Of a stretch of 37,268 bases of DNA, positions 35,144 to 37,268 are shown in pieces (the first letter of the stretch is position 1; each line of letters opens with the position of its first letter). Below the pieces are notes generated by a model, which made no database searches, was not told where the DNA came from, and saw only the letters and a list, made by a program, of their open reading frames with translations. Source of the stretch: Octopus bimaculoides (lineage: Eukaryota); contig NC_068981.1 in NCBI RefSeq assembly GCF_001194135.2, positions 119,613,393 through 119,650,660 of the forward strand, written 5' to 3'. A program made the position numbers and the translations under genes.

Positions 35144-35912
35144 TACAAAATAAAACACAATAAGTATAACAATATGTGTGTGTGTATGCGCGCGCCTATC
35201 TGTAATTTAAAATGTCTACTCGCATTGATCAAGGTACCACATAAATCTTGATTATATCTTTTCTTTCCATATACCATTACTATATTTTCCATTTATTGCC
35301 TAGTATTGACTATTCCAGATTCATCCATAAAATTTTCTTGGTGGGAATGAACGAGGAAGAGCTCATGTCAAACGATTAGTTTACATATAAAACTCTGTAA
35401 AATGTCGTGGAAAATTTTACGAATAGTTTATAGTTTGCAGGGCGGGATTTGTACTTTGATGCCATCTCCTGAATGATCTGCATTTCGTTTGGATCGTACT
35501 CACGCATTTCATAGTGCAGTTTTATTGTTTTTTTTTCGCTAATGGCTGTGAAGATAATTTGACTCGAGCAGTATGGATTCCTCTTCTCTTAAGACGGTCA
35601 AACTCACAGAAGACTCCTCACCAGAGATGTGTCTTTCTTCACGCATACACAGACACAAGCACGCGCGCGCACACACAGAGACACACAAACACACACATAC
35701 ACACAAACACACAAACACACACAGACACACACACACATTACGATGATGAAATTGTGTATGTATGTATGTATGTATGTATGTATGTATGTACGTATGTCAT
35801 TATTCAGTTTTATTTCAAGATTTCTTGCCAATAGAGAAAGAGCCGGTTTCTAACCTATATCTGAGGCGCTTTCATTGGAATTTCAACATCAATAGGGTGT
35901 TTGTACATATTT

Positions 35913-36271
35913 GTGTAGGCGCAGGAGTGGCTGTGTGGTAAGTAGCTTGTTTACCAACCACATGGTTCCGGGTTCATTCCTACTGCGCGACACCTTGGGC
36001 AAATGTCTTCTACTATAGCCTCGGGCCGACCAAAGCCTTGTGAGTTGATTTGGTAGACGGAAACTGAAAGAAGCCCGTCGTATATATGTATATATATATG
36101 TATATGTGTGTATGTGTTTGTGTGTTTGTTTGTCCCCCTAACATCGCTTGACAACCGATGGTGGTGTGTTGCGTCCCGTAACTTAGCGGTTCGGCAAAAG
36201 AAACCGATAGACTATGTACTAGGCTTACAAAGAATAAGTCCTGGTGTCGATTTGCTCAAATAAAGGCGGTG
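35913..36271 (+). mobile_element. SINE family 1, near full length
   Basis: tRNA-like head taggcgcaggagtggctgtgtggtaag...ccgggttcattcc, internal (TA/TG) tract, truncated at aaggcggtgc. Confidence 0.9.
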
Positions 36272-36272
36272 C

Positions 36273-36548
36273 GTTCATATTTCTTTGGCTTCGGGGTTAT
36301 CTTTCCAACGGATCTCATTGTACAATATCTTATCTACAGCATAATATCTTATCGGTACATAGTACCGAGATGGCATTTTCGAACAGCTGCTTATGATATC
36401 GGCAATATCTTCGGTATTAACTCCACAAGGTCTGCATCGGTCATCATATTTTGTTGTTTTGCCTGCGTCTCTGTCCCTTTTTTACATCAGATATTTGGTT
36501 GATATTTCCTGTTCCTGGATTGCAAACACATACCTTCAAAATGGGACT
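36273..36548 (-). mobile_element. R4/Dong-like RLE LINE fragment (zinc-knuckle region)
   Basis: YVFAIQEQEISTKYL..DDRCRPCGVNTEDIADIISSCSKM..RYY matches the AIQDQ...CRxC...ETxxHIxSxC pattern, with decay. Confidence 0.7.
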
Positions 36549-36572
36549 TTGTAATTAGGTTGTTGGCCTATG

Positions 36573-36603
<31 letters not shown>

Positions 36604-37122
36604 TGTATGTATGTATGTATGTATGTGTGTGTGCATGTTTGTATGCACACATTGTGTGTTTCCTTAGACAAAGCTTCCTGTCGGACCGATGAGCTATTAT
36701 TTATAGAATTAAGCAAACAAAATACTCGCTGACGCATCCTAGTGTTTGCCAAACGTAATAATTTATGGGGCACGCAAAGAATAGCGATAATCCAGGCACT
36801 AAAGTATCTATCTATTCTCATTATGCTTTGGTAGATTCGAACGTCGTCAACAGCGATAGTTAATAATGATTGGTTTGTTGATTTTTATAAACAAGTGCAC
36901 GCACTCTTGTTAGATTTATTGGTCCGGTTGGATAGCTCTGTGTCCGAAAGCCTCCTTACACCGGTGAGTCGCGTCTAAAGAGAGACGTTCTTCGATGACG
37001 GAAAACAACAGTGATCAGATATTTAATTTCCAATCTTCCAGAACGTACTAAAAAGAAATAGATATGTTATTGTATGAATCCTCACAGTTCTGCGAGCATC
37101 TCATGAATTATAATGTTATTAG

Positions 37123-37190
37123 CATGTAGCTGTCATCCATGTAGCTGTCATCCATGTAGCTGTCATCCATGTAGCTGTCATCCATGTAGC
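37123..37190 (+). repeat. 15-bp tandem repeat, 4.5 perfect copies
   Basis: (catgtagctgtcatc)x4 + catgtagc. Confidence 0.97.
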
Positions 37191-37268
37191 GTTATGTAAA
37201 TTTCCTTGTGTTTATCAATATCAAAACGACTTATCAGAAACTGTTATGTATATGTATATATATATATA

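Overview
Repeat-dense, AT-rich eukaryotic scaffold with about 3.2 kb of N in 7 gaps. The tRNA-derived SINEs, RTE-type tail and (TA)/(CA)/(TATG) microsatellites look like an octopus (coleoid cephalopod) genome; this is recognition, not a database result. No intact host protein-coding gene is supported, and most ORF-track hits are microsatellite or gap artefacts. Content: two decayed Gypsy LTR retrotransposons; RLE-type LINE fragments (HERO-like x2, R4/Dong-like x3); a Tx1/L1-like fragment; Penelope-like RT and GIY-YIG fragments; three Helitron pieces; a Tc1/mariner MITE; three SINE families; a U6 snRNA-derived copy; several fold-back repeats; and an Illumina adapter remnant. The most interesting signals are RNA-level: (1) a complete type I hammerhead ribozyme motif at 28891-28960 that begins at the apex of a fold-back with ~61-bp arms able to sequester it, plus three more degenerate hammerhead-like cores in Penelope-style contexts; (2) a full-length variant U6 directly abutting a SINE 3' tail.
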